Sequence record: NC_101835.1
Source: a phage
Length of the DNA stretch: 64,000 bases
Direction: 5' to 3' (one strand)
The translations under genes were made by a program, and so were the position numbers. The notes beneath the pieces were generated by a model. The model was given only the letters and a program-made list of their open reading frames with translations, was not told the DNA's origin and ran no database searches. The stretch's first letter is position 1; each line of letters starts with the position of its first letter. Below, piece by piece: positions 35,419-45,397 of this stretch.

Positions 35419-37497
35419 TTAAAAAGGCGTTTCATCATCCTCAAAACCAGGGACCGGGTCAGAGGATGGATCATCGTACTGGAGGTCTTCCTGCGTGTCA
35501 ACAGGCTTAACAGTAGGAGTTACAACCTTATCAGCCACAACCTTGCCCATAGGTGTTTCTACAACTGCATGCTCCTGATCCTCAAACATAGCCTGAGGTC
35601 TCCAAACAACCTCCCCACCTTCTCCGTCTGTAAACATTTGCATTTCTTTGTCCCAGTACCAATTACTGGCATCATGGAACTTACCTGTATGTGGGTCCAT
35701 AACTAAAGTGTCAGCAATACCTAAAGTTTTTGCTGGACGGTTTTTAAGACCTACCAGACGGACACGCCCACGAGAACGATCCACCATTTCTTCGGCCTCG
35801 ACACCTATGACTACCCAACTCAACTGTTCAAGCCCAGCCGATCCTCGCAAATTCTCTTTTCGCACAGGATACCAGAAAGGTAATGGGTTACCATCCTTGT
35901 CCTTAGGGGGCACAATCTCTGTACGTTTGAGGTGAGCGATCACCAAGATAAACACGTTAAACTGCTTACAAAACGCAGCCAGCTGAGTCATAGCCATGTC
36001 CAGTTCTTTTCGCTCATCTTTAACATTAAGCCCTGAAATTACCATAGACAGGTGATCCAGCACAATATAGCGACAATGGTACAGGCAGACCATTTGCTTA
36101 AGCTTGGTAATCAACTCGTCCACTGGAATAGACCCGAAATGTTTGAACACTTTGATTTTTCCAGCTTTTGCCCATGATTGGTGAATCTCTGCATGTTCTT
36201 GATCAGTTAAAAACTGGCTAGGATCTTCAACAAACTCTTTAACATCAAACCCTAACTGGTTTGCATACAAGGAGTTAATTGCTTCCTCTGGGTCCTCCTC
36301 AAGATGAATCATGCATAGACGATCATCCTCTTCGTAGTCATCGGCCTTTGGACATGTCGGGTCCATTAGGTATCTTGCAATACAGTGTTCCAGTTTTTTG
36401 GCTACAGTTGTTTTACCACCTCCTGATGGACCTGTAAGCATTACGAGTGTCCCTTTGTGCAAGCCTTTTAGCATTTTTTGCAGTTTTGGAAACTCTGCGC
36501 TGATATCTACCCCGTTGGAAGTCTTTTTCCGCAAAGATTCGATAGAGAAGTCTTCTAAATCCGACACAGCATCAGGCACATACTTAACAGGATGCCGGAA
36601 CATGTTTACAATATCTTCCAGCTTTTTAGCCTTCAGCATGTCACGGATATCTTTTACACCATCAGGGTCGTTTACCTCGCCAGGATATTCCACGTGGTAA
36701 ACGTTGTCAGCCATCAAAAATGCTGCAATATTATGTGTGGCTTCAACACCTTTGATAACGTGTTTTTGCTTCTCTACCTCGTTAGCCGCATCGTTGTCCA
36801 TTGCAAGGACCACTGTTCCGTAGCTACGGATAAATTTCTCATTGTTTGCAAAAGTATCTACTGCGTTTGCACATCCACAGTTAATTCCAACAAAAGGTAG
36901 GCAGGGTTTTCCTGCCAGATCACCCCCGTTGATAACTGCATCGATCCCGTCCTGGACCTCTTTAGCCCACTGTTTCACCTTTGCCGGGGCTTTAGCGTTG
37001 GTGAGAATCCCTTTTACTTGTATCTGATATGCAGCCTGCCATGCTGCAATAACATCACCTTCCCCCTCACAAACGTTAATCTGCTTACGGTTGTTAGAAG
37101 ATGCACACAGCTTTTGCCCAAACATTTGGGAGTTAGCCTTTACGATCCCAACCGTCGTAAAGTGCCCACGTTGCTCTTTGGGGATCGTCCAGTCACGCTT
37201 TTTGAAACCGGACAGATTCCCGTAGCGGTCGTAATATGGGAAATATGTTGCAGTAACTGTCACACCGTCTTCTTGGGACAATGCTGATCGCACACCAAAA
37301 TATTGTGCAGCCATCAGACCGATATTTTGTTGTGGGACAGGGACGATTTTAGTATTTTCTAAAACAGTCTCTACAGTTTCAACTTCTTTTTCATCACGAT
37401 AGTCTCGTTTCACACTTCCCCCACTTTTATACTTAGTTGCTTTCGGGTTTGGCTCACCGAAACGGTTGTATGCAGATGCCATAAATTTACTTCCCAT
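35419..37497 (-). CDS. bifunctional DNA primase-helicase (T7 gp4-like)
   Basis: TOPRIM residues CEGEGD and VLAMDNDAANE; Walker A LTGPSGGGKTT; Walker B YIVLDHL; acidic C-terminal tail ..FEDDETPF. Confidence 0.85.
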   Translation of the reverse strand: MGSKFMASAYNRFGEPNPKATKYKSGGSVKRDYRDEKEVETVETVLENTKIVPVPQQNIGLMAAQYFGVRSALSQEDGVTVTATYFPYYDRYGNLSGFKKRDWTIPKEQRGHFTTVGIVKANSQMFGQKLCASSNNRKQINVCEGEGDVIAAWQAAYQIQVKGILTNAKAPAKVKQWAKEVQDGIDAVINGGDLAGKPCLPFVGINCGCANAVDTFANNEKFIRSYGTVVLAMDNDAANEVEKQKHVIKGVEATHNIAAFLMADNVYHVEYPGEVNDPDGVKDIRDMLKAKKLEDIVNMFRHPVKYVPDAVSDLEDFSIESLRKKTSNGVDISAEFPKLQKMLKGLHKGTLVMLTGPSGGGKTTVAKKLEHCIARYLMDPTCPKADDYEEDDRLCMIHLEEDPEEAINSLYANQLGFDVKEFVEDPSQFLTDQEHAEIHQSWAKAGKIKVFKHFGSIPVDELITKLKQMVCLYHCRYIVLDHLSMVISGLNVKDERKELDMAMTQLAAFCKQFNVFILVIAHLKRTEIVPPKDKDGNPLPFWYPVRKENLRGSAGLEQLSWVVIGVEAEEMVDRSRGRVRLVGLKNRPAKTLGIADTLVMDPHTGKFHDASNWYWDKEMQMFTDGEGGEVVWRPQAMFEDQEHAVVETPMGKVVADKVVTPTVKPVDTQEDLQYDDPSSDPVPGFEDDETPF

Positions 37498-38250
37498 TAA
37501 TTCTGCTCCTTACTACAGGCTCGTTTGCTAAGAATACGGCTTTTGCCCAGCCACGTGGTGTGAGGCTTCGGATCATCTTCGTTCTTGCACTCTTTCCACC
37601 CAGCTTGGCGTGTTGCATGGAATACCCGCTAACCGCGTCAACTATTTGCGGGACAGGTTTTGTGGCCGGGATTATAAATCCATTACCTATCCAGCCGCAA
37701 GTTATTTTTGGATAGGCATCACGTGGAGCTATAAATTCAGGAAACCAAGGGTTTACATCATCCTCCGGTAAATACCCTCCATAGTCAGAAGGATGAAAAC
37801 GGTAATCAGGTTTGCGCCACAGTGTGGACATAACACCAACAGGATTCTCTACATGCCACGGGCAATCGTAAATCTCTCCCAGCTCTTCCGCAACCCGAGC
37901 ATCCTTTACAGCATTAATTTGGATCATGGGGTCCTTAGCCAGCTTTTTCTTAAAATGTGCAGCACCTGATACCGCTAAATGCGTGCACGGAGGAAATGCA
38001 AGAATAAAGTCTGGGGCTGGGTACATGCAAAAAGTTTCCTGAGGGAACCATGGGTCAATCCAATAATCCACATAGTGGATGTTGGGATGATCGGTTATCA
38101 CCTCTGCATAACTGCCGTGATCAGCACCTTCTGCATTGAAGCATAGGCACAGGTACCCAGCTTTTGCCCAGTCAATGACTGCACCACCAGACCCGTCAAA
38201 TAGACTCCACACAACACCTTTGTGGTAGTGTTCTTTGTAGATAAATTTCA
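37487..38250 (-). CDS. C5-cytosine methyltransferase-like protein
   Basis: FDGSGG (motif I-like), FPPCTHLAVSG (PC motif), WHVENP (ENV-like) in canonical order; start placed at TTG after AGGAGA because the track GTG start sits inside the terminator. Confidence 0.45.
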
Positions 38251-38269
38251 ATTTGCTGTCTCCTAATGC

Positions 38270-38296
38270 AAAAAGCCCCACCCTTTCGGGCAGGGC
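38270..38296 (-). terminator. rho-independent terminator
   Basis: Second exact copy of GCCCTGCCCGAAAGGGTGGGGC + TTTTT (minus strand). Confidence 0.6.
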
Positions 38297-38302
38297 CTAG
38301 TG

Positions 38303-38785
38303 TTAAACCCGGATACCTATTGTATACTCGGTGGATACCAATGTCAAATCTAAATTTAAAATTTCTTGCATCTCATAGTATGCGTCCAGGGTGAGATACA
38401 TTTCCCCATCCTTTTCTACATACTTGTCCAAGTGCTTGAGGCATTTCGGATAACTATCGAGCGCAGCTTTCAGACACTCAAACTCTGTGCTGTTGATGAG
38501 TCCTTCCATCTTGGCTACCCGTTCTGGGGTAACGATAGCACTGTAGTGAGATTTAGCTTCCTGAATGCAATGGGTCCAAGCATCAACTTTCTCTTCGAAA
38601 AGTCCGAAGAATTTCTTTTTGGTGAGCTTCAGATTCTTTAAGTGCTTAAGCACTCGGTTGCCGATCACAGCCACATCACGAAACTTAAGGATCACTTTGT
38701 CGATATCTTCGCGACCTATTTTCACAAAACAGGCCTTACACATTTCAGGGGAGGAATAACCAACTTTCCACATAAAATCTGACAT
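38303..38785 (-). CDS. hypothetical protein
   Basis: AAGGAGAGGGTGGT before ATG. Confidence 0.5.
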   Translation of the reverse strand: MSDFMWKVGYSSPEMCKACFVKIGREDIDKVILKFRDVAVIGNRVLKHLKNLKLTKKKFFGLFEEKVDAWTHCIQEAKSHYSAIVTPERVAKMEGLINSTEFECLKAALDSYPKCLKHLDKYVEKDGEMYLTLDAYYEMQEILNLDLTLVSTEYTIGIRV

Positions 38786-38797
38786 ACCACCCTCTCC

Positions 38798-39193
38798 TTA
38801 TTCCTGAAAAGCAACGATATCATATGAACTTGCAGACGATCCTAGTGAAGAATGACTCCAGTCCAGGTTATCAGAGTAGTCAGCGTACTGTGCACCACTA
38901 CGTAGTTTATATTTTACCCACTTACCTGGTGCAGGGTTTTCACCACCTTCCCATACTTCCCAGTCTTCTGGCAGGCCGTCCTGAGGGTAGTCATCCACCT
39001 CACTAATAATCTTAGGGTTTGGCACCAAGACCCATGCAGGCTCTTCCTTCCGGGTAAGTGTCCACACAGCGTAGGTATCTGAGCAGGCGCATGATAGCAA
39101 AGTATATCCACTATTCAGAACTTCTGCAAGCTCTTTTTCAGCATCTCCCAATTTGGTTAAGTGGTATTGGATAATCTTCACACCTGTAATCAT
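38798..39193 (-). CDS. hypothetical protein
   Basis: GGGAGG RBS. Confidence 0.5.
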   Translation of the reverse strand: MITGVKIIQYHLTKLGDAEKELAEVLNSGYTLLSCACSDTYAVWTLTRKEEPAWVLVPNPKIISEVDDYPQDGLPEDWEVWEGGENPAPGKWVKYKLRSGAQYADYSDNLDWSHSSLGSSASSYDIVAFQE

Positions 39194-39495
39194 CAGAAAC
39201 CTCCCACTTCTTCAGCAAATGCAGCTGCTGTCGTCGCTGCATCCAGATAGGACTCTAGTTCACGGGCTGCACGTTTGTAAATTGAGTGGCGCATATCGTT
39301 TGGCAGTTGGTGGAAGTCCACCTCTTCACCGTTGTGGTAAACACGCACATCGGTAATTTGTCTAAATCCGTAATAGTCAACATCAGAGTCACGGCACTCC
39401 GAGTCTGGCAGCTGGACAACTGCTTGAGCTTCCACAGTAAACATATCGTCAAGTTCGAAATCGATTTCAAAAGTGTATGGTTTATAACGTTTCAT
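39193..39495 (-). CDS. hypothetical protein
   Basis: AAGGAAG RBS. Confidence 0.5.
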   Translation of the reverse strand: MKRYKPYTFEIDFELDDMFTVEAQAVVQLPDSECRDSDVDYYGFRQITDVRVYHNGEEVDFHQLPNDMRHSIYKRAARELESYLDAATTAAAFAEEVGGF

Positions 39496-39555
39496 CGTTT
39501 AGTGCTTCCTTAGTTTTTGTGGGGAGGAGTGCCTCCCCTTTAGACTAACATCTTA

Positions 39556-39897
39556 CTACTGAAGGTCTTCAGAGTCAAGCTCAAAAAGAATCAAACTGTG
39601 CATGCCTGCAGAGAGATCAACGCACCCTGCAATAATAAGGGTCTGATAGTAAGGTTCAGCACCATCAATGTCTTCGTTAAAATCTACAACAAGATAGTCA
39701 CCTTTGTTAAAGGTGTATTTGTCCGATGTAAACGCAAAACCTACCCAGTCCCCTACTGCAGGATCTTTATCAGTCACCTTTGTTAGCAGTAGATCTTTTT
39801 CACGAGATCTTTTAGTAAAATCGTGAATCACAACATCCTTCTCTTCAGGAGTTGGATTGCCGCACACGTAGTTAACTATATTTCTCCACAAACTCAT
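39556..39897 (-). CDS. hypothetical protein
   Basis: AGAGGGGGA RBS; coupled to helicase gene. Confidence 0.5.
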   Translation of the reverse strand: MSLWRNIVNYVCGNPTPEEKDVVIHDFTKRSREKDLLLTKVTDKDPAVGDWVGFAFTSDKYTFNKGDYLVVDFNEDIDGAEPYYQTLIIAGCVDLSAGMHSLILFELDSEDLQ

Positions 39898-41264
39898 ACG
39901 TCCCCCTCTTCGGCTCTGGTTTCAAAATCTTTCCTGACAATTTTGTCTAAGTCAGGGAATGTTGTATTGTAAAACTCTACGACTCGCGGGTCAACAATAA
40001 TGTCAACTTCTCTTAGTGGACGCAACAAGTTTATTCCTTGTATTGTCTTAACTCGACTCAAAGCAACATACGTCATCCCCGGAGAGAAAGCTCCGTTCTT
40101 TCCAAGGTCTAGGTTGTAACAATCTAGCGTAAGTCCTTGACTTTTATGAGATGTTACGGCGTACCCAGATTTCAGAGGAAGTTGCTTGTATGACCCAATC
40201 ACTACCCTCTCTATAAACTTCTCCATCTTCCTTTCTGCAATATTGTATCTCTGAGAGGGCTTATACTCGTTATTCTCCCACAACCTCTGCTCTATGTCAA
40301 CCTGTGTTCCATCTTCAAGCTCTACCACCACCGCCTTGTTCTTAAATTTAACAATTGTGGCACGTGTTCCGTTAACATAATAAGGTACTTTGTGCGTCGG
40401 GTCAACATCGTTGGCGGTTATCATAACTTTCATGCCAATTTTCAACTTCATCTCCTGCTCAACTGGCAGGGTGGAGGGAAACTTACCCTTCATTTCACCA
40501 GTGTATACCTTCTCTGGGGCGTTGATGGCATCATAGAACCTTCTGTTTACTTCCTCTGCTTGTTTGTTGGTGGCGCAAATTGTGAGAGCATCTGTTGGTA
40601 CACCACCTTTGTAACAGCGAGCATTAAGTTCTGCTACAACCTCTTTTATGCGACGACCCTCACGAACACAGTTGAGCATTGTGGCAAATCGAATAGACTC
40701 CTGTCGGAACTGATCTATTAGGGCTATGTTGTGGAGGTCAAGCTCTTTCCAAGATTCGGTATAGCAACACAGGTCCGTATGGTAGAAGTTGAAGTAGGCT
40801 TCCTTCTCCATAGAAGAGACAACAGGAGGTGCCTGGTAAAAATCGCCAAACAATATGACCTGTATGCCCCCGAAAGGTTTGTCATTTTTTCGAAGGAAGC
40901 GGAGTTTCCTATCCATCTCTATAAACTTATCAGCACGAATCATAGAGATTTCATCGATAATTAGGATGGTAAATGCCTTGCTTTTCAAAGGCTTTGCTGT
41001 TTTTGCCCTTATTGCGGTCCAGTCCGACTCCATGCTCACACCTGCTGCAAGATCGAAGGTTCGGTGTGCTGTTGCTCCATTAACGTTTAAAGCGGCTACC
41101 CCTGTCGGGGCAACCGTTATGCAAGAGTCTCCATACATTGACTGGATCATGTTGATGAGGTACGTCTTCCCACAACCTGCGGGTCCTGAAACGAAGACAT
41201 TCTCACCGCTCATGATTGCAACGAGGGCAGCATCTGTGCCTACATCATACTGCCCTTTTTCCAT
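39894..41264 (-). CDS. SF1B DNA helicase (Dda/Pif1/RecD-like)
   Basis: Walker A SGPAGCGKTY; Walker B LIIDEISM; C-terminal YAVTSHKSQGLTLD motif. Confidence 0.8.
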   Translation of the reverse strand: MEKGQYDVGTDAALVAIMSGENVFVSGPAGCGKTYLINMIQSMYGDSCITVAPTGVAALNVNGATAHRTFDLAAGVSMESDWTAIRAKTAKPLKSKAFTILIIDEISMIRADKFIEMDRKLRFLRKNDKPFGGIQVILFGDFYQAPPVVSSMEKEAYFNFYHTDLCCYTESWKELDLHNIALIDQFRQESIRFATMLNCVREGRRIKEVVAELNARCYKGGVPTDALTICATNKQAEEVNRRFYDAINAPEKVYTGEMKGKFPSTLPVEQEMKLKIGMKVMITANDVDPTHKVPYYVNGTRATIVKFKNKAVVVELEDGTQVDIEQRLWENNEYKPSQRYNIAERKMEKFIERVVIGSYKQLPLKSGYAVTSHKSQGLTLDCYNLDLGKNGAFSPGMTYVALSRVKTIQGINLLRPLREVDIIVDPRVVEFYNTTFPDLDKIVRKDFETRAEEGDV

Positions 41265-42469
41265 TACGCCTCCTCGTAAAGAATGTCGATAGTATTACCG
41301 TCACGATCAACTACATATTCAATAGGGTCTCCATCTTTGCGTGCTTCCGGAGCTACCACAATCTCATAGCGGCATGCACGGCACTTAGCGCTATTGTGTT
41401 GGTATGGCACACTAACCACATCTGCAGGATCAACCATAACAGTCATTACAGTGCCGTAGCTCTTTGCATACTCTTTGCTGGCGCAGTGTAAGCCATAGGA
41501 GCACGCAGCTTCCGGATCATCCTCTACAAAGTTACGAGGCATGGATACAAAAGCACCCTGGTATTGTGGAACTTTACCACTGTGCCAATCCACCCACTTG
41601 CTGCCGTTAAACTGAACCCCTTTGTAGCAAATGATTCGACCATCTTCTGCAATCTGGATATCGTTGGCCTGCATAAAATCGTAGAGCATGTTTACAGATT
41701 TTGCAGAAGGATTGCGTAGCAGGCGAACGAGGAATTTCACATAGCGGTCATCCAGCGTTCCGTCTGCATAATCTTTCTCAATTTTCTTTGCAATGGTGGA
41801 TCGCATCTCTACACCGTAGTAGTAGAGCTTACCATCTTTCATGATCAGGTTGTCTGCAAGTGTGGTGAACTCATTCTTGCGTTCCAGCCAGACAAGGATT
41901 TCACCAATTGCCTCATCATATTCCTGAACAGAGATATGGTCGAAGACTTTCTGGTAAACTTCCTCACTTTCGCTGCGGCGAATTTCAAAAATGCCTTCGT
42001 TGCAGGTGATCTGGAGGAGTTCACCACAAATAACTACCAAAGGCTCGATGCTTCGAGTCTGTTGCTGAGACACACTGCTCACCACCTCCAGCACCGGGTC
42101 TTTGACTTCTACTAAAGGTTCTTCTGACTTGATTGCCACCCCAGTGAACCCCACACCGTGAACAACACACAGTGGGTATACCACGCCCCAACGTTTAACG
42201 GAACCTTCGCCTAAGTCTAAGATCATGGCGTACTTACCATTATCTTCCAGCCCATATCGAAATAGACGGGCCTCTTCACGGGTTTCAAAATCCTCACGGG
42301 TGTAGCAGACGCTGTCACGGTCAGGATCGAACAATTCTGGGGCACCCACTGCCAGTGTCCAGGTTGTGTCACCTTTCTCAATGGCACATGTGAAACCCTT
42401 CTTCTCAAGTTCTGCACGGCGGTCGCGTGCTTCTTTACGAGTTTTGAAATGTTCGTAGATGAAAATCAT
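41264..42469 (-). CDS. rIIB: rIIB-like protein
   Basis: C-terminal AACSYGLHCASK..VMVDPADVVSVP..KCRACRYE resembles T4 rIIB (TCSYGLHVCSK..VHPRDVVSIP..KMRTCQYE); directly downstream of rIIA-like gene. Confidence 0.7.
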   Translation of the reverse strand: MIFIYEHFKTRKEARDRRAELEKKGFTCAIEKGDTTWTLAVGAPELFDPDRDSVCYTREDFETREEARLFRYGLEDNGKYAMILDLGEGSVKRWGVVYPLCVVHGVGFTGVAIKSEEPLVEVKDPVLEVVSSVSQQQTRSIEPLVVICGELLQITCNEGIFEIRRSESEEVYQKVFDHISVQEYDEAIGEILVWLERKNEFTTLADNLIMKDGKLYYYGVEMRSTIAKKIEKDYADGTLDDRYVKFLVRLLRNPSAKSVNMLYDFMQANDIQIAEDGRIICYKGVQFNGSKWVDWHSGKVPQYQGAFVSMPRNFVEDDPEAACSYGLHCASKEYAKSYGTVMTVMVDPADVVSVPYQHNSAKCRACRYEIVVAPEARKDGDPIEYVVDRDGNTIDILYEEA

Positions 42470-42479
42470 CTTGGTCTCC

Positions 42480-44462
42480 TTATTTGATGTTATTCTTTGT
42501 ATCGATCAGTTCACGGTATTCAATCATAGCAGGAGTGTCCCAATATTTCAAGCCTACATGCTTCAAAAGTGGGTATTTCTTTTCCAATCTTGCAATATAG
42601 GCCTTCCCGCATTTAACTCGGTTGGCGATTAAGATTTTGGCACGATGATTTAGCTCACTGTGCTTCCACGTGGTGTTACCTTCCCACTTGTGGAAATGTG
42701 GCCGATAATTTCCAAAATCTTGCATGGGAATAATTTTCCCTAATTGTCTATACAGGCTGTCATAAGAAGTCTCATTTGCTGCACGGGTCAGTAAGAATTT
42801 CCAAGCATCCTCTTTCAACAGGTGCTCCACATTCTTCTCTGTAACATACTGGCAATCAGGATCAGTCCAAAGCAGACGAGATTCAGATACCAGATACAGA
42901 TCTTCACCTTCAGGAATCTGAAGTGCCGCACGTACACGGTCATAATCTTGCTGGTAGATGTTACTCATCTGCCCCAGCCAACAACTTCCACGTTGGATAT
43001 CACCCTCATAAGGGATGCAGTGTTTAATCTTCCGGAACTCTGCCTTAGTAATACGCTCACGGCGGAAGTAACCATCCTTCTCAAGTTTTTTAACCCAATA
43101 GCCTGGCTCATAACGAGTTTTTGTTTCACCTTTCTTGGCAGGTCGGCGAGGGAGCTCCGATAACAATTTGACCGTATCTGCAAAGAACGGGTGGTGTGCC
43201 GCTTCTTTAAACTCTTCCACCAGATCCGTGGTACGGCAATAGAAAACGTTGCGTCCGGTGATCTCGCTTAAGTAGTTACACTTATTTCGGTTATATTTGC
43301 CGTCTCCGTCGTTAAATACTAAATAGACTCCCCGTAAGAACTCTGACTTTCCATAACGAGCATAGCCTATGCGGCCTTTATTTAAGCCGCCAGCGAAAAT
43401 TTCACAATCGCCTAAGTCTCCAAGTCCTGTTTCTTCCCAACGGTTCCACATAAAGTTTTTGCCGAAGATGTGTCCGAACACCCCACTATTCTTCATCATT
43501 TCACGTGCTTCTGAGGATGTTTTTGCTGTTTCCAATTCCGCAACAACTTCTGCCCCACGAAGACGGATACCTTCTTTGACAAAGGCCTCCAGGCGATCCT
43601 GGAATCCACCGTCGTCATGGCCCTCTATGGTCCATTCACGCCCAGGGTTAATATTGCAATCCCCAATAGGAATTTCCACGCAGATTGCAGGGTAATCGGT
43701 CAATGTCTCCAGGAACTTGGAGCGGTAAGGTTGGTGACCCATCACAACACGGCTCTCATCAGAACTGGTATAACCTTTCAGGATGGTCATTTTCCAGCCA
43801 TCCTTCTCGTAATGATACTGTGCCTCAACCTTGTCACCTTCTAACATCTTACTGGTCATAGGATCGGTGACGATGAACGGAAACTTCGCATAGCGTAAGC
43901 ACGATGCAATAGCAGTGCGATATTTCAGGACATGCTCTTTCTTAACATGGAACTGAACTTTTACCCCGTTGTGCTCTTCAGTCTTCCGCTCACGGATCTT
44001 GGTAACGTTTGGGATACCCTGATCCAAGAACAATAGATATGTGCTTTCAACACCATTGTGCACACTGATAACATCGAAAGTGTCCACCATACTGAACGGA
44101 GCCTTTGAACCAACACCTTTATTACCTACCAGAGCGTTGCTGTTGCGCTTGGTTGACTCCCCGAGATTCATGAAAGTGTTGCGGACCATCTCTTCTGACA
44201 TGCCCAATCCAACGTCCTGCACAAAGAAGTATGGTTCAAGGTCTGTAGGGGAGTGAATGATGATCGGTACATCACCCCGTCCAGACTCAACATGGGAGTC
44301 CACAGCATTGAAGATTGGTTCACGGCAGCTTGCCAGCACCTTATCTTCGTAAATCCCTTTAATGATTAGCCCAAAAGTCTCTTTGTTCAGAGAAATTGAG
44401 CCCCTGGTGACCTCCATATTTCCGGTTAGTACTGCTTTAGTTTCATTACTGTTTACAATCAT
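42480..44462 (-). CDS. rIIA: rIIA-like protein (GHKL ATPase fold)
   Basis: N-terminal FNAVDSH, FFVQDVGLGMSEE and GNKGVGSKAPFSMVDTF match the T4 rIIA N-terminal ATPase-like motifs. Confidence 0.75.
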   Translation of the reverse strand: MIVNSNETKAVLTGNMEVTRGSISLNKETFGLIIKGIYEDKVLASCREPIFNAVDSHVESGRGDVPIIIHSPTDLEPYFFVQDVGLGMSEEMVRNTFMNLGESTKRNSNALVGNKGVGSKAPFSMVDTFDVISVHNGVESTYLLFLDQGIPNVTKIRERKTEEHNGVKVQFHVKKEHVLKYRTAIASCLRYAKFPFIVTDPMTSKMLEGDKVEAQYHYEKDGWKMTILKGYTSSDESRVVMGHQPYRSKFLETLTDYPAICVEIPIGDCNINPGREWTIEGHDDGGFQDRLEAFVKEGIRLRGAEVVAELETAKTSSEAREMMKNSGVFGHIFGKNFMWNRWEETGLGDLGDCEIFAGGLNKGRIGYARYGKSEFLRGVYLVFNDGDGKYNRNKCNYLSEITGRNVFYCRTTDLVEEFKEAAHHPFFADTVKLLSELPRRPAKKGETKTRYEPGYWVKKLEKDGYFRRERITKAEFRKIKHCIPYEGDIQRGSCWLGQMSNIYQQDYDRVRAALQIPEGEDLYLVSESRLLWTDPDCQYVTEKNVEHLLKEDAWKFLLTRAANETSYDSLYRQLGKIIPMQDFGNYRPHFHKWEGNTTWKHSELNHRAKILIANRVKCGKAYIARLEKKYPLLKHVGLKYWDTPAMIEYRELIDTKNNIK

Positions 44463-44959
44463 TTATTGCGCTCCTTGTAGTAGATATGACTCCCGAATTG
44501 AGCTGTCCTCTGCATCTTTTTTGCCCATTTCGGTCGTACTTTGGTTGTATGGTAGTGTGTTGCTCCACCTGTTATATCCATAGCCATGTATGCAACATGG
44601 TTGTTATTATAGACCTTTAGAAGCATCTTTGCAAGACTTTTAGCGTGATCCCATGAATCTTTTTCTGTCACCTTAAAAGTTTTGCCGTGGTTTGTCCACG
44701 AAAACTGGTTGGGTTGGTAGACAATCTTTCTTATAGTGTCTGGGTATTTAGGGTGAGATTTCCTGTTTAATGTGGCAAACCCAGATGCCAGCATACCCAT
44801 CGTGCCATCCCCTCTAGCTTCCCTGTAGATATTACATGCCAAAATGTTTTCCTTAGTATCTGAGGGCTTGCAAGTATGATATACTTTTTGTTTTGGTGCT
44901 GCAACAACAGGCAGCGATAAAAATGCGCTCAAAATAATAGCAAAGATCTTAATTTTCAC
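44459..44959 (-). CDS. secreted cell-wall hydrolase (SleB/Hydrolase_2-like)
   Basis: GTG start after GGAG; signal peptide MKIKIFAIILSAFLSLPVVAA; NIYREARGDGTMG..LNR..YPDTIRKIVYQPNQFSW. Confidence 0.6.
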   Translation of the reverse strand: MKIKIFAIILSAFLSLPVVAAPKQKVYHTCKPSDTKENILACNIYREARGDGTMGMLASGFATLNRKSHPKYPDTIRKIVYQPNQFSWTNHGKTFKVTEKDSWDHAKSLAKMLLKVYNNNHVAYMAMDITGGATHYHTTKVRPKWAKKMQRTAQFGSHIYYKERNK

Positions 44960-45007
44960 AATAACTCCAAATAGAAAATCCCCGCCGAAGCGGGGTGGTA
45001 TTAGAAA

Positions 45008-45388
45008 TTAATCGTAGTGTGCCAAAATCTCTCCATCGTTGCAAGTTCCCTCTACAAAGTTATGAAGATTCATGCACTCATCTTGATAGAAGAATTTACC
45101 GCTTTTCAGCCGTAAGCCAAACAACTCCGCATCTCCACGATGGCAAGCCTCTACAAGTTCATAGATTTCATACGGCAACTCTCCGTCGTCATGGAAGAAC
45201 CCAGCCTTATCGTTGACATAGATGAAGAAATAATCACTGCTATCGCAAGCGTCCAATATTTTAAACCAGATTTCATCTACATCTTTTTCTCGGATATCGA
45301 TCACGCAAGTGGAGCTGCATTCGTACTCCTTCTCCGGCTCCTCGGTCAATACCACCAGGTAGTTTCCCCGCTTACCTACTTTAGCCAT
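45008..45388 (-). CDS. hypothetical acidic protein
   Basis: AAGGAGG RBS. Confidence 0.5.
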   Translation of the reverse strand: MAKVGKRGNYLVVLTEEPEKEYECSSTCVIDIREKDVDEIWFKILDACDSSDYFFIYVNDKAGFFHDDGELPYEIYELVEACHRGDAELFGLRLKSGKFFYQDECMNLHNFVEGTCNDGEILAHYD

Positions 45389-45397
45389 ACAACCTCC

